DNA of 61,913 nucleotides from Bacteroidales bacterium (GTDB taxonomy: Bacteria; Bacteroidota; Bacteroidia; Bacteroidales; ML635J-15), in assembly GCA_045112395.1 (NCBI GenBank), contig JBGUHW010000099.1, positions 1 to 61,913 on the forward strand, read 5' to 3'. A program made the position numbers and the translations under genes. Under the pieces are notes generated by a model that saw only the letters and a list, made by a program, of their open reading frames with translations, was not told the origin of the DNA and did not search any database. Positions 35,083-42,562 of the stretch are shown here, one piece after another (the first letter of the stretch is position 1; each line of letters starts with the position of its first letter).

Positions 35083-35319
35083 ATGAAAAAGTTTTTGTTT
35101 GGAATTTTGGTTATTGCAGGACTATTATTAGGCATGTCGTCTTGTCATAAATATTGCCAATGCAAATATTATGAATCTGGAGTCGTAGTCCTTGAAGATG
35201 AAGTGGAAGACGTTAGTGGGGTTTACAAGAATTGTGCGGAATACACAGTTGACCTTCATAATGCAGACCCAGATTATAATGGGAACGATAAGACAGGATG
35301 GTATTGTTACAAATACTAA
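35083..35319 (+). CDS. small Cys/Tyr-rich lipoprotein
   Basis: MKKFLFGILVIAGLLLGMSSCHKYCQC is a signal peptide with a lipobox; 78 aa. Confidence 0.55.
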   Translation: MKKFLFGILVIAGLLLGMSSCHKYCQCKYYESGVVVLEDEVEDVSGVYKNCAEYTVDLHNADPDYNGNDKTGWYCYKY

Positions 35320-35478
35320 ATTTCGATTAAGGGCAAGAAAGTTACTCCGCTTGCCAATCTTTACAATGCGTTGGGTGAGGTTACGGAATGAAAAACAAAA
35401 GCATTATCAAGACGTAAAGGGCAGGTTTATGCATGTACCTCCCACAGAGAACGCAAAAGTCTTATTTTAAAGACAATT

Positions 35479-35511
35479 AACTGCATGGAAGGAATATTCC
35501 ATGCAGTTTTG
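35479..35511 (+). terminator. rho-independent terminator
   Basis: Perfect 12-bp stem aactgcatggaa/ttccatgcagtt with a 6-nt loop, ending in a T run. Confidence 0.7.
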
Positions 35512-35594
35512 TTCAAACTATAATTTGCAACGAAACACAATTTATTTGTAATCGCGAGCAATTTTTTTGCTAATTGATGTCGCGCAAATTTGCT

Positions 35595-35602
35595 TATTTT
35601 TG
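35595..35602 (+). promoter_or_regulatory. -7 box TATTTTTG upstream of LytTR paralog 2
   Basis: Matches TAnnTTTG, 14 nt upstream of the ATG at 35617. The track start at 35590 is a TTG just 5' of this box (ORF reads through it). Confidence 0.45.
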
Positions 35603-35616
35603 CAAACAAAAAAGCT

Positions 35617-36198
35617 ATGTTCGACACTATTCTAAACATTTCATTGGTTCTCCTATTTTTCACGCTTTCAATATTCTTTATAGCGGTAACTTTCCCAACC
35701 ATAAGGGATTTCGTAAGGGGGAAAAAGAACGACAGCAACAACGATGAAGCGCTTGCCCGCAAAATATCCGACATGGAATCGCGACTAAATGCTCTCGAAC
35801 AGCAATTGTCAGTTTCAAAAGAAATGCATATAGTTGTAAACGAAAAGGAAGAGCAATCAAAACAACTGCTCAATCTCAATAACCTGAAAATAAAGGCAAT
35901 ATCAATATCTTACATAGCATCACAAGTGTTCGAGATTCCAGAAGGCGGTGATTCGAGAATAAAGGTAATCCACTATTCCGGCACCTCAAAAACAGACTCA
36001 GTATACAGCACTTTCGATGCAATACTCGAGCAACTTTCGGGAAACTTCATGCAAATCAACAAGAACCAGATTGTTAACCTCGACAAGATACACAAGATTC
36101 AAGGCAACGAAATTTATCTTGCAGGAATGTCGAAACCATTTTTCGTATCGGAAAACCGCAAGGACGAATTCGATGTAAGAATCGGAAAAATCAATTAG
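35617..36198 (+). CDS. membrane-anchored coiled-coil LytTR-domain protein, paralog 2
   Basis: Same architecture as 33597-34175, with long shared stretches (KTDSVYSTFDAILEQLSGNFMQINKNQIVNLDKIHKIQGNEIYL). Confidence 0.75.
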   Translation: MFDTILNISLVLLFFTLSIFFIAVTFPTIRDFVRGKKNDSNNDEALARKISDMESRLNALEQQLSVSKEMHIVVNEKEEQSKQLLNLNNLKIKAISISYIASQVFEIPEGGDSRIKVIHYSGTSKTDSVYSTFDAILEQLSGNFMQINKNQIVNLDKIHKIQGNEIYLAGMSKPFFVSENRKDEFDVRIGKIN

Positions 36199-36330
36199 CA
36201 CTCGCAATTCATAAATTGCAAATTACAAAAAGCAAACCTCAGATGTCGTTTTTGTGGCATCAAATTGCAAACCACACATTACATTCGTGCAATTACGACA
36301 CATTTGCATCGTCAAATAAATTAATAATTT

Positions 36331-36363
36331 AAAACCGATGGAGCCGCATGGTATATAACTCGG
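36331..36363 (+). promoter_or_regulatory. conserved leader motif, copy 3 (33 nt, with small insertions)
   Basis: aaaaccgatggagccgcatggtatataactcgg, ending 11 nt before the ATG at 36375. Here the internal ATG (36348) is in frame with the main ORF (MVYNSARCK-MKRC...). Confidence 0.55.
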
Positions 36364-36374
36364 CACGATGTAAA

Positions 36375-36857
36375 ATGAAAAGATGTGTATTTTTTATTAT
36401 TGGCGTTATGATTGCATTAGTATTTGCTTCTGGATGCACAAAAGTTGTTACACAAAGTACTGTCCATGAATTCAACGTCACATTCAGCAATGTAGCCAAC
36501 AAACAAATAGTGTCAGAAGGTTATACAGGACTGAAGGGCTGTGTATGTTCATCCGATGCCATACTAGTATATGTTTATTTTGGAAATACATCAGGCGAAG
36601 ATATATGGATGCCTCTGCCCGCAACCATTAACACAGCATTATACGACTACGCTTATACTGATAACGGCATATTTATATTTAATGCCGATGCAGGCGTTGG
36701 TAATGTTTGGATAAATGATTTCTCGTTGAAGTACAGGGTTATCCAGATACCAAGAACTGCCGTTGTTTCAAAATCGATTGAAGAACTCAAGGCTGACGAC
36801 TACAATGAAGTAATAAAAGAATTAGACCTGTACAATGCTCCTATTATGCGCAAGTAG
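36375..36857 (+). CDS. hypothetical lipoprotein
   Basis: MKRCVFFIIGVMIALVFASGCTK is a signal peptide with a lipobox. An alternative in-frame ATG lies at 36348. Confidence 0.6.
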   Translation: MKRCVFFIIGVMIALVFASGCTKVVTQSTVHEFNVTFSNVANKQIVSEGYTGLKGCVCSSDAILVYVYFGNTSGEDIWMPLPATINTALYDYAYTDNGIFIFNADAGVGNVWINDFSLKYRVIQIPRTAVVSKSIEELKADDYNEVIKELDLYNAPIMRK

Positions 36858-36882
36858 GAACTATATTGTAATCTAAAAACAA

Positions 36883-36916
36883 ACGGCGGGAATGAAAATC
36901 ATTCTCGCCGTTTTTA
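36883..36916. terminator. bidirectional rho-independent terminator
   Basis: acggcgggaatg-aaaat-cattctcgccgt, a 12-bp stem with one G-U pair, flanked by an A-run and a T-run. It lies between convergent genes. Confidence 0.65.
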
Positions 36917-36932
36917 TTTTGCTTGACAGATT

Positions 36933-37163
36933 CTATATAGCCACAACTTCCTTAACCTGCGGAACATCGGTCTTAAGTTTGTCCTCAACGCCGAGTTTCA
37001 AGGTCTGGATACGATATGGGCACGAACCGCAAGCACCCTGCAATCTTACCTTTACTGTAAAATCTGGAGTAACCTCAATAAGTTCTATGTCGCCACCATC
37101 CTGCTGAAGGAAAGGCTTAATCTCGTCAATAGATGCTTGGATTTTCTTTACTATTTCTTCCAT
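36933..37163 (-). CDS. NifU-like (Nfu) Fe-S cluster domain protein
   Basis: 76 aa with IKPFLQQDGGDIELIEV and GACGSCPY, both typical of a NifU C-terminal domain. Confidence 0.85.
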   Translation of the reverse strand: MEEIVKKIQASIDEIKPFLQQDGGDIELIEVTPDFTVKVRLQGACGSCPYRIQTLKLGVEDKLKTDVPQVKEVVAI

Positions 37164-37174
37164 ATTAAATAAAT

Positions 37175-38269
37175 TTACTTTGTTTCAACCATTTTTGTCG
37201 GAGGCAAAGTTGCATTGCGCTTTTCTACAGCCTTTACCAGATTCTCAGCAAGCTGAGCAAACAACTTTCCTACTATGCTTGCAAACTCCATTGATGCCGG
37301 CATACCCTTGTCGCCACTGTCGCAAATCGACTTCACAATAGGAATCTGTCCGAGCAATTCGGTGTCCATAGCCTTTGCTAACTCCACACCACCGTCCTTG
37401 CCAAAGAGATAATACTTGTTGTCGGGCAGTTCGGCTGGCGTAAACCACGACATATTCTCGACAATACCCAGAATCGGCACATTTATGTCCTTCATACGGA
37501 ACAAAGAAACAGCCTTACGTGCATCGGCTATTGCAACCTGCTGCGGGGTGCAAACGACAACAACGCCTGTTACCGGAACCGTCTGAACCAATGTAAGGTG
37601 GATATCACCAGTTCCTGGAGGCATATCGAAAAGCAGGTAGTCTAGTTCGCCCCACTTAGTGTTCTGTATGAACTGCCTCATAACGCCGGCAGCCATAGGT
37701 CCGCGCCAGATTGCAGCACTACCAGGTGCAACAAAGTAACCAACCGAAAGCAATTTTATTCCGTACTGCTCAATTGGCATAATTATTTCGCGACCTTCGG
37801 CATCGGCTTCCGCCAAAGGCTGCGCATCTTCGGTATTGAACATCTTTGGAACACTCGGTCCAAAAATATCGGCATCAAGCAAACCGACCTTGTAGCCTTT
37901 CTGCGCCAACGAAATTGCAAGGTTCACCGCAACCGTTGATTTACCGACACCACCCTTGCCACCTGCAACAGCGATAATGTTCTTCACCTTGCCCACTCCA
38001 CATTCAGCGGGTTTTGCTTTCACTTCTTTAGGTTTTACCTTTGTAGTTACGTTTACCACCACATCACCGAAATGAGCTTCCAAAGCATCCTTTACATCGC
38101 GCCTAATTGATGCAAGAAATGGATCGGTAGCCTTTGTGAACAAAAGAGTTACATTTATTTCTTTTCCACAAACTTCAATGTCACCAATCATACCCTCAGC
38201 TTCGAGTGGCTTACCAGTTTCGGGGTAGCACACAGCACCAAGGACTTCTATAATATCGTCTCTATTCAT
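37175..38269 (-). CDS. Mrp/NBP35 (ApbC) family Fe-S cluster carrier ATPase
   Basis: N-terminal MIP18-like domain and the deviant Walker A motif GKGGVGKST. I use the ATG at 38269; the track start at 38293 is a TTG inside the -7 box. Confidence 0.9.
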   Translation of the reverse strand: MNRDDIIEVLGAVCYPETGKPLEAEGMIGDIEVCGKEINVTLLFTKATDPFLASIRRDVKDALEAHFGDVVVNVTTKVKPKEVKAKPAECGVGKVKNIIAVAGGKGGVGKSTVAVNLAISLAQKGYKVGLLDADIFGPSVPKMFNTEDAQPLAEADAEGREIIMPIEQYGIKLLSVGYFVAPGSAAIWRGPMAAGVMRQFIQNTKWGELDYLLFDMPPGTGDIHLTLVQTVPVTGVVVVCTPQQVAIADARKAVSLFRMKDINVPILGIVENMSWFTPAELPDNKYYLFGKDGGVELAKAMDTELLGQIPIVKSICDSGDKGMPASMEFASIVGKLFAQLAENLVKAVEKRNATLPPTKMVETK

Positions 38270-38290
38270 TACAAATGTTTTTAATGATTG

Positions 38291-38298
38291 CAAAAGTA
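38291..38298 (-). promoter_or_regulatory. -7 box TACTTTTG upstream of mrp
   Basis: The reverse complement of caaaagta is TACTTTTG, 21 nt upstream of the ATG at 38269. Confidence 0.45.
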
Positions 38299-38334
38299 AA
38301 CATTAAAAACCTATCCGCAAAATGTTTTTGGTGA

Positions 38335-38865
38335 CTACTCCAAATACAAATCTATCAGTCCTGCTGGAGCATCAATGTAAACTTCCTGCTTGTCGTCGTC
38401 GATGCCAACGACTATGTCTTCTGTGTATGGAATAATTATTGTCTTGCTGTTGAAGTCGGTTTCGAAGACTGGATTTCCTGGAATAAGGTTGAAATCCGCA
38501 ATTTCTCCGACATATCCGTGATGAGCATCGAAAACCTTGTAGCCAATGAGGTCCATTTCCTCATCGTATTCTTCATCGTCCTGCACATCATCAGCAAAGA
38601 CAAGCACCTTGCAACCCACATATTTTTCGGCAGTTTCGGCGCCATCTATGTATCTAAACTTTGTGGCGACATATCCGCCCGAGTTTTTGTAGTCTTCTAC
38701 AAAAAAAGGAACCGGTATCCCTTCAATAAGTAGGAATACCGGTATTTCTTCGTCAAGCAAGTCGTCGGAGAAACTGTTGTCGAACTTTAGGCTGAGATGA
38801 CCATTGAGTCCGTAGGTTTTGGCAACCTGAGCAATTTCGACCAACTCCTTGTTGTCAAACAGCAT
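38335..38865 (-). CDS. rimM: 16S rRNA processing protein RimM
   Basis: VAKTYGLNGHLSLKF N-terminus plus a PRC-barrel C-terminus, directly downstream of rpsP. Confidence 0.88.
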   Translation of the reverse strand: MLFDNKELVEIAQVAKTYGLNGHLSLKFDNSFSDDLLDEEIPVFLLIEGIPVPFFVEDYKNSGGYVATKFRYIDGAETAEKYVGCKVLVFADDVQDDEEYDEEMDLIGYKVFDAHHGYVGEIADFNLIPGNPVFETDFNSKTIIIPYTEDIVVGIDDDKQEVYIDAPAGLIDLYLE

Positions 38866-38868
38866 AGC

Positions 38869-39426
38869 TTATTCTGCTGGGGTTTCAGCTGGAGCTTCTG
38901 CAGTTTCGTCTGCACCTTCAGCCTCAGCAGCTGCTGCCTTTGCTTCTGCTTCGAGAGCAGCCATTGCTTCAGCACGCTTCTTAGCGATAGCTTCTGCTCT
39001 TTGTTCCTTAACCTTGGTTTCAGCTTCAAGTCTTGCCTTTTCGTCAGCCTTCTTAGCTGCTGCGATTTCGCTCTTCTTGTTGCTAACCTTGATGTTCTTT
39101 TCGTCCATCCATGCATTGAAACGTCTTTCTGCTTCTGCCTCGTTGAAAGCACCCTTCTTAACGCCTTCGAGCAAGTGTTTCTTCATCAGAACGCCCTTGT
39201 ACGAAAGAATGCGTCTTACTGTTTCGGTTGGCTGTGCGCCCTTCTGGAGCCATGCCAATGCAGAATCGAAGTTCAATTCGATTGTTGCAGGATTTGTCAT
39301 CGGATTGTAGGTTCCGAGTTTTTCAATAAATCTACCATCACGTGGTGATCTGCTGTCGGCAACGACGATGTGGTAGAATGCTCTTGCCTTACGACCGTGC
39401 CTTGAAAGTCTTACTTTTACTGACAT
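38869..39426 (-). CDS. rpsP: 30S ribosomal protein S16 with long Ala/Glu/Lys-rich tail
   Basis: [42 protein letters not shown]. The long C-terminal extension is the Bacteroidota type. Confidence 0.95.
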   Translation of the reverse strand: MSVKVRLSRHGRKARAFYHIVVADSRSPRDGRFIEKLGTYNPMTNPATIELNFDSALAWLQKGAQPTETVRRILSYKGVLMKKHLLEGVKKGAFNEAEAERRFNAWMDEKNIKVSNKKSEIAAAKKADEKARLEAETKVKEQRAEAIAKKRAEAMAALEAEAKAAAAEAEGADETAEAPAETPAE

Positions 39427-39484
39427 AAAATAAATTAATTTTTAATAATTAAACTAAAACTCGCAGTTACCCGAACTGCGGGCG

Positions 39485-39492
39485 CAAAAGTA
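39485..39492 (-). promoter_or_regulatory. -7 box TACTTTTG upstream of rpsP, followed by a leader hairpin
   Basis: The reverse complement of caaaagta is TACTTTTG. The leader contains cgcagtt-cgggt-aactgcg (plus-strand 39462-39480). Confidence 0.45.
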
Positions 39493-39691
39493 CAACATTT
39501 TTCTTAAACGGCTAATCTTTTTATGAAAAACTTTTCTGCAACATTAATATCATGTAAACCAAAATGTTATACTGAACAAATAAAGTCATTGTACTACTTT
39601 TCGAATATAATAATACACAGCATGTTGTACTAAAATAATATATATAAGCTAAACATTTTCGCATTTTCTTTGGAAAACAATCAGTTATAAC

Positions 39692-39699
39692 TACCTTTG
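39692..39699 (+). promoter_or_regulatory. -7 box TACCTTTG upstream of the radical-SAM cassette
   Basis: Matches TAnnTTTG, 24 nt upstream of the ATG at 39724. The track start at 39697 is a TTG inside this box. Confidence 0.45.
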
Positions 39700-39723
39700 C
39701 ATACAAAAATCCCGACAAAGGAT

Positions 39724-41139
39724 ATGGTAAAGTTTTGTACAGCATACGAACCAATACGACAGCAAGTGCAACGCATTGCTAACAACCTGCACTACAAGCG
39801 ACACATTGCCCGCGATGTAGAAGATAGTGTTTTTCGGGAAAAGTTAATCGATTACAACAGGCAACGCACACTCGGTTGCGACCCTACAGTATGCCATGTT
39901 CCGTTGCGTAGCCTATATTTCGGGTTCGATGGAATTGTAACCGCATGCTGCTTCAACCGTAATTTTGTGCTGGGGAAATTTCCAGAAAACTCTATTGATG
40001 AAATAATTCATGGGGAAAGACGGAAAACATTGCAGAAACATATCTCAGAAACCAACTTTTCGTATGGTTGCCAATACTGCAAAAATATGATTACAGCAGG
40101 AAACTATATGTCTGTAGGTGCAAGATTTGCAGATGTCTTTCCCGATAAGGGCGACATCCCGTCCGAAATGGTTTTCGAACTCGACAACACCTGCAACCTG
40201 CGATGCGAGATGTGCAATGCAAAATTCTCGTCGGCACACAATGGTGGCAAACGCATTGTCGCTCCATACGACACCAATGAATTCATTGAGCAACTGAAAC
40301 CGTTCATCCCGCATCTTGCAAAAACACGTTTTTTAGGTGGAGAACCGTTTCTTAGCGACATATACCCGAAAATATGGGAACTTATAATAGAACTTAACCC
40401 AAAATGCAAGATTAGTTTACAGAGTAACGGCACTATACTAAACGAAAAAATCAAATCTATCCTACAACGAGGAAATTTCCATATAGGACTATCAATAGAC
40501 ACTCTAAATCCTGCACACTACGAAAGAATCAGAAGTGGTGCAAAAATTGAAAGAACATTAGAAAATCTTGAGTTTTTCAATTATATCTGTCAGAAGAACA
40601 ACGACCACGCAAGCATATCTGTTTGCCCGATGAAAGAAAACCGCCTAGATATTCCAGAACTTGTTGACTTTTGCAACAAAAAAGGCATTTACATATATTT
40701 CAACGATGTGATTACCGAAGGTTTTTCCATTAGCGAACTGTCGGTACAAGAACTTGATGAACTCTCAGCATATTACAAAAAAAACAATCGGAAAGGGCAT
40801 AATTATATTTCAATCCACAACCACATATCATTTTCTAACCTCATAAGAAAAGTTGAATATCATAGGGACCAACGCAAGCAAAAAATCTACATGGACGAAA
40901 CAATCCCTTGTACGCGAAAGGAATTTGTTGAAATGCTAACTACTATTATTTCGGAAGATGAAAGCATAGATATTAAGGAAGCGAAATACTTGGTGGATTA
41001 TATTCCTGAAAACTTTCTGATAAAACGAAGCGAATACCTGTACATAAAAAACGAAATGAAAATAGACAGCATAAAGAACTTTATAAGTCAGTCCAAAGAA
41101 AAACAAATGGAGCACTTAAACAAAATACTTCACATTTAA
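39724..41139 (+). CDS. radical SAM protein, paralog 1, with N-terminal SPASM/twitch-like Cys-rich domain
   Basis: CxxxCxxC motif (DNTCNLRCEMC). It is preceded by CHVPLRSLYFGFDGIVTACC...SIDEIIHG...YGCQYC, which follows the SPASM-type C..G-x4-C..C-x2-C pattern. A ~130-aa Cys-free helical tail follows. Confidence 0.85.
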   Translation: MVKFCTAYEPIRQQVQRIANNLHYKRHIARDVEDSVFREKLIDYNRQRTLGCDPTVCHVPLRSLYFGFDGIVTACCFNRNFVLGKFPENSIDEIIHGERRKTLQKHISETNFSYGCQYCKNMITAGNYMSVGARFADVFPDKGDIPSEMVFELDNTCNLRCEMCNAKFSSAHNGGKRIVAPYDTNEFIEQLKPFIPHLAKTRFLGGEPFLSDIYPKIWELIIELNPKCKISLQSNGTILNEKIKSILQRGNFHIGLSIDTLNPAHYERIRSGAKIERTLENLEFFNYICQKNNDHASISVCPMKENRLDIPELVDFCNKKGIYIYFNDVITEGFSISELSVQELDELSAYYKKNNRKGHNYISIHNHISFSNLIRKVEYHRDQRKQKIYMDETIPCTRKEFVEMLTTIISEDESIDIKEAKYLVDYIPENFLIKRSEYLYIKNEMKIDSIKNFISQSKEKQMEHLNKILHI

Positions 41140-41149
41140 ATATCTGGCA

Positions 41150-42562
41150 ATGAATATTTTGAAACTCTTCAAGAGAAATAAGTGGCACATACCCAACAGA
41201 ACCTTATCGGAATACAACAAGTTAAGGGGAAAAGATAAAACGCGGTTCTGCTATGCTCCATACCATTCATTGACATTCAAGCCAGATGGCTGCATATATG
41301 CATGTTTTGACAATATTCGTAAAAAACTTGGAGAATATCCGCAAAACTCCATCGCGGAAATATGGAACGGGAAAGAAATAAAAAAACTTCGTGAAAGAAT
41401 TTCCCGCAACTGCCTGGACTATGGCTGCGAAGAATGTTTCAACCAACTTGCACTCAAGAACTTCTACTCAGTAAAAGCATGGCACTACGATTATATCCGC
41501 CCCATTCATAAAAGCACAGATCAACCGACAGCATTTGATTTCCAGCTCAGCAATATATGCAACTACGAATGCATAATGTGTAGCGGAGAACTTTCGACCA
41601 GCATAAGAAGCAACCGCGAACATTCGCCACTTTACGGCTGCCCATACGATGACAAATTCATTGAACAACTGCGACCTTATATTCCCAACTTGCAAAACGC
41701 CTCTTTCACCGGCGGAGAAACATTCCTGAATCCTTTGTACTACAAGATTTGGGACATCATAGCAGAAGAAAATCCTCAGTGCATAATATCAGTTTCAACA
41801 AACGGAAGCATACTCGATGAGCGTATAAAATCATATTTGGAGAAACTGAAATTCAACATTACCATTTCGATAAACGCGGTTAATGAAGACATATACAAGT
41901 CGATACACATTGGCGGAGATATGCACCACGTGCTCGACAACTTCATATATTTCCGCGACTACTGCAAGAAGGCAGGAACCAATTTGATGATAAAGATTTG
42001 TCCGCTCAGGCAAAACATTTACCACATTCCAGCACTGATGGATTATTTCAACGCAAACGACACTTGCATATCGTTCAACAAGGTAATGTATCCCCCACAC
42101 TGCTCGTTATGGAATCTGCCAGCAGACGAACTTGGCAAAATCGTTGAATTTTTGAAGCAGAATAGAATAGACGCGAAAACCGAGATAGAACGACTTAATA
42201 ATGCTCGCTACGATACACTCATAAACCAATTGAGCAGATGGCAAAAAGATGGCGAAGAACAGGAGAAACTGAAACTTAAAGACAAGTCAAACGGCGAGCT
42301 AGTAACAATGTTTGAAAAGAAAATTAGGGATTATTATTCAACTTTAAATATGGATTCATCAGAATCCGAAACTGAAATCAAATCTATATTAGTGAAAATT
42401 GAAGAACTAGATAAAACATTGAATAATAATATCTTCAAGGAATTTATTATCTATATTACAGCACTTCCTACGAGTTTTGTCGTTCCCCACCTGAAACAGA
42501 AAAGTGTGGAAATGCTGAAACAGCGGTTACAATATTCTTTTCAAAACACAGAAACCAAATGA
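41150..42562 (+). CDS. radical SAM protein, paralog 2, same architecture
   Basis: CYAPYHSLTFKPDGCIYAC...SIAEIWNG...YGCEEC, followed by SNICNYECIMC. It is collinear with paralogs 1 and 3 (FIEQLRPYIP, GGETFL, STNGSIL). Confidence 0.85.
   Translation: MNILKLFKRNKWHIPNRTLSEYNKLRGKDKTRFCYAPYHSLTFKPDGCIYACFDNIRKKLGEYPQNSIAEIWNGKEIKKLRERISRNCLDYGCEECFNQLALKNFYSVKAWHYDYIRPIHKSTDQPTAFDFQLSNICNYECIMCSGELSTSIRSNREHSPLYGCPYDDKFIEQLRPYIPNLQNASFTGGETFLNPLYYKIWDIIAEENPQCIISVSTNGSILDERIKSYLEKLKFNITISINAVNEDIYKSIHIGGDMHHVLDNFIYFRDYCKKAGTNLMIKICPLRQNIYHIPALMDYFNANDTCISFNKVMYPPHCSLWNLPADELGKIVEFLKQNRIDAKTEIERLNNARYDTLINQLSRWQKDGEEQEKLKLKDKSNGELVTMFEKKIRDYYSTLNMDSSESETEIKSILVKIEELDKTLNNNIFKEFIIYITALPTSFVVPHLKQKSVEMLKQRLQYSFQNTETK

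Noticed and set aside
35192-35470. 92-aa plus-strand ORF overlapping lipoprotein B and the downstream spacer.
   Set aside because: It is out of frame with a signal-peptide-bearing gene, and its basic composition is typical of an off-frame translation.
38787-39348. ORFs 38797-39348(+), 38849-39310(+) and 38787-39152(-).
   Set aside because: They are alternative frames across the repetitive Ala/Glu/Lys-rich tail of rpsP and the rimM start. Their translations are low-complexity.
39697-39723. N-terminal extensions given by the ORF track. Examples are 39697, 38293, 15417, 35590, 17099 and 20507 (all TTG starts) and 3078, 21282, 32720, 36348, 56951, 59824 and 59963.
   Set aside because: The TTG starts fall inside or upstream of the -7 promoter boxes. 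The other extended starts would translate a neighbouring gene or a repeat element. Downstream ATGs give canonical N-termini or signal peptides.
39521-39754. 77-aa minus-strand ORF between rpsP and the rSAM cassette.
   Set aside because: It spans the rSAM promoter and start, lies in very AT-rich DNA, and gives a hydrophobic junk-like translation with no promoter context.
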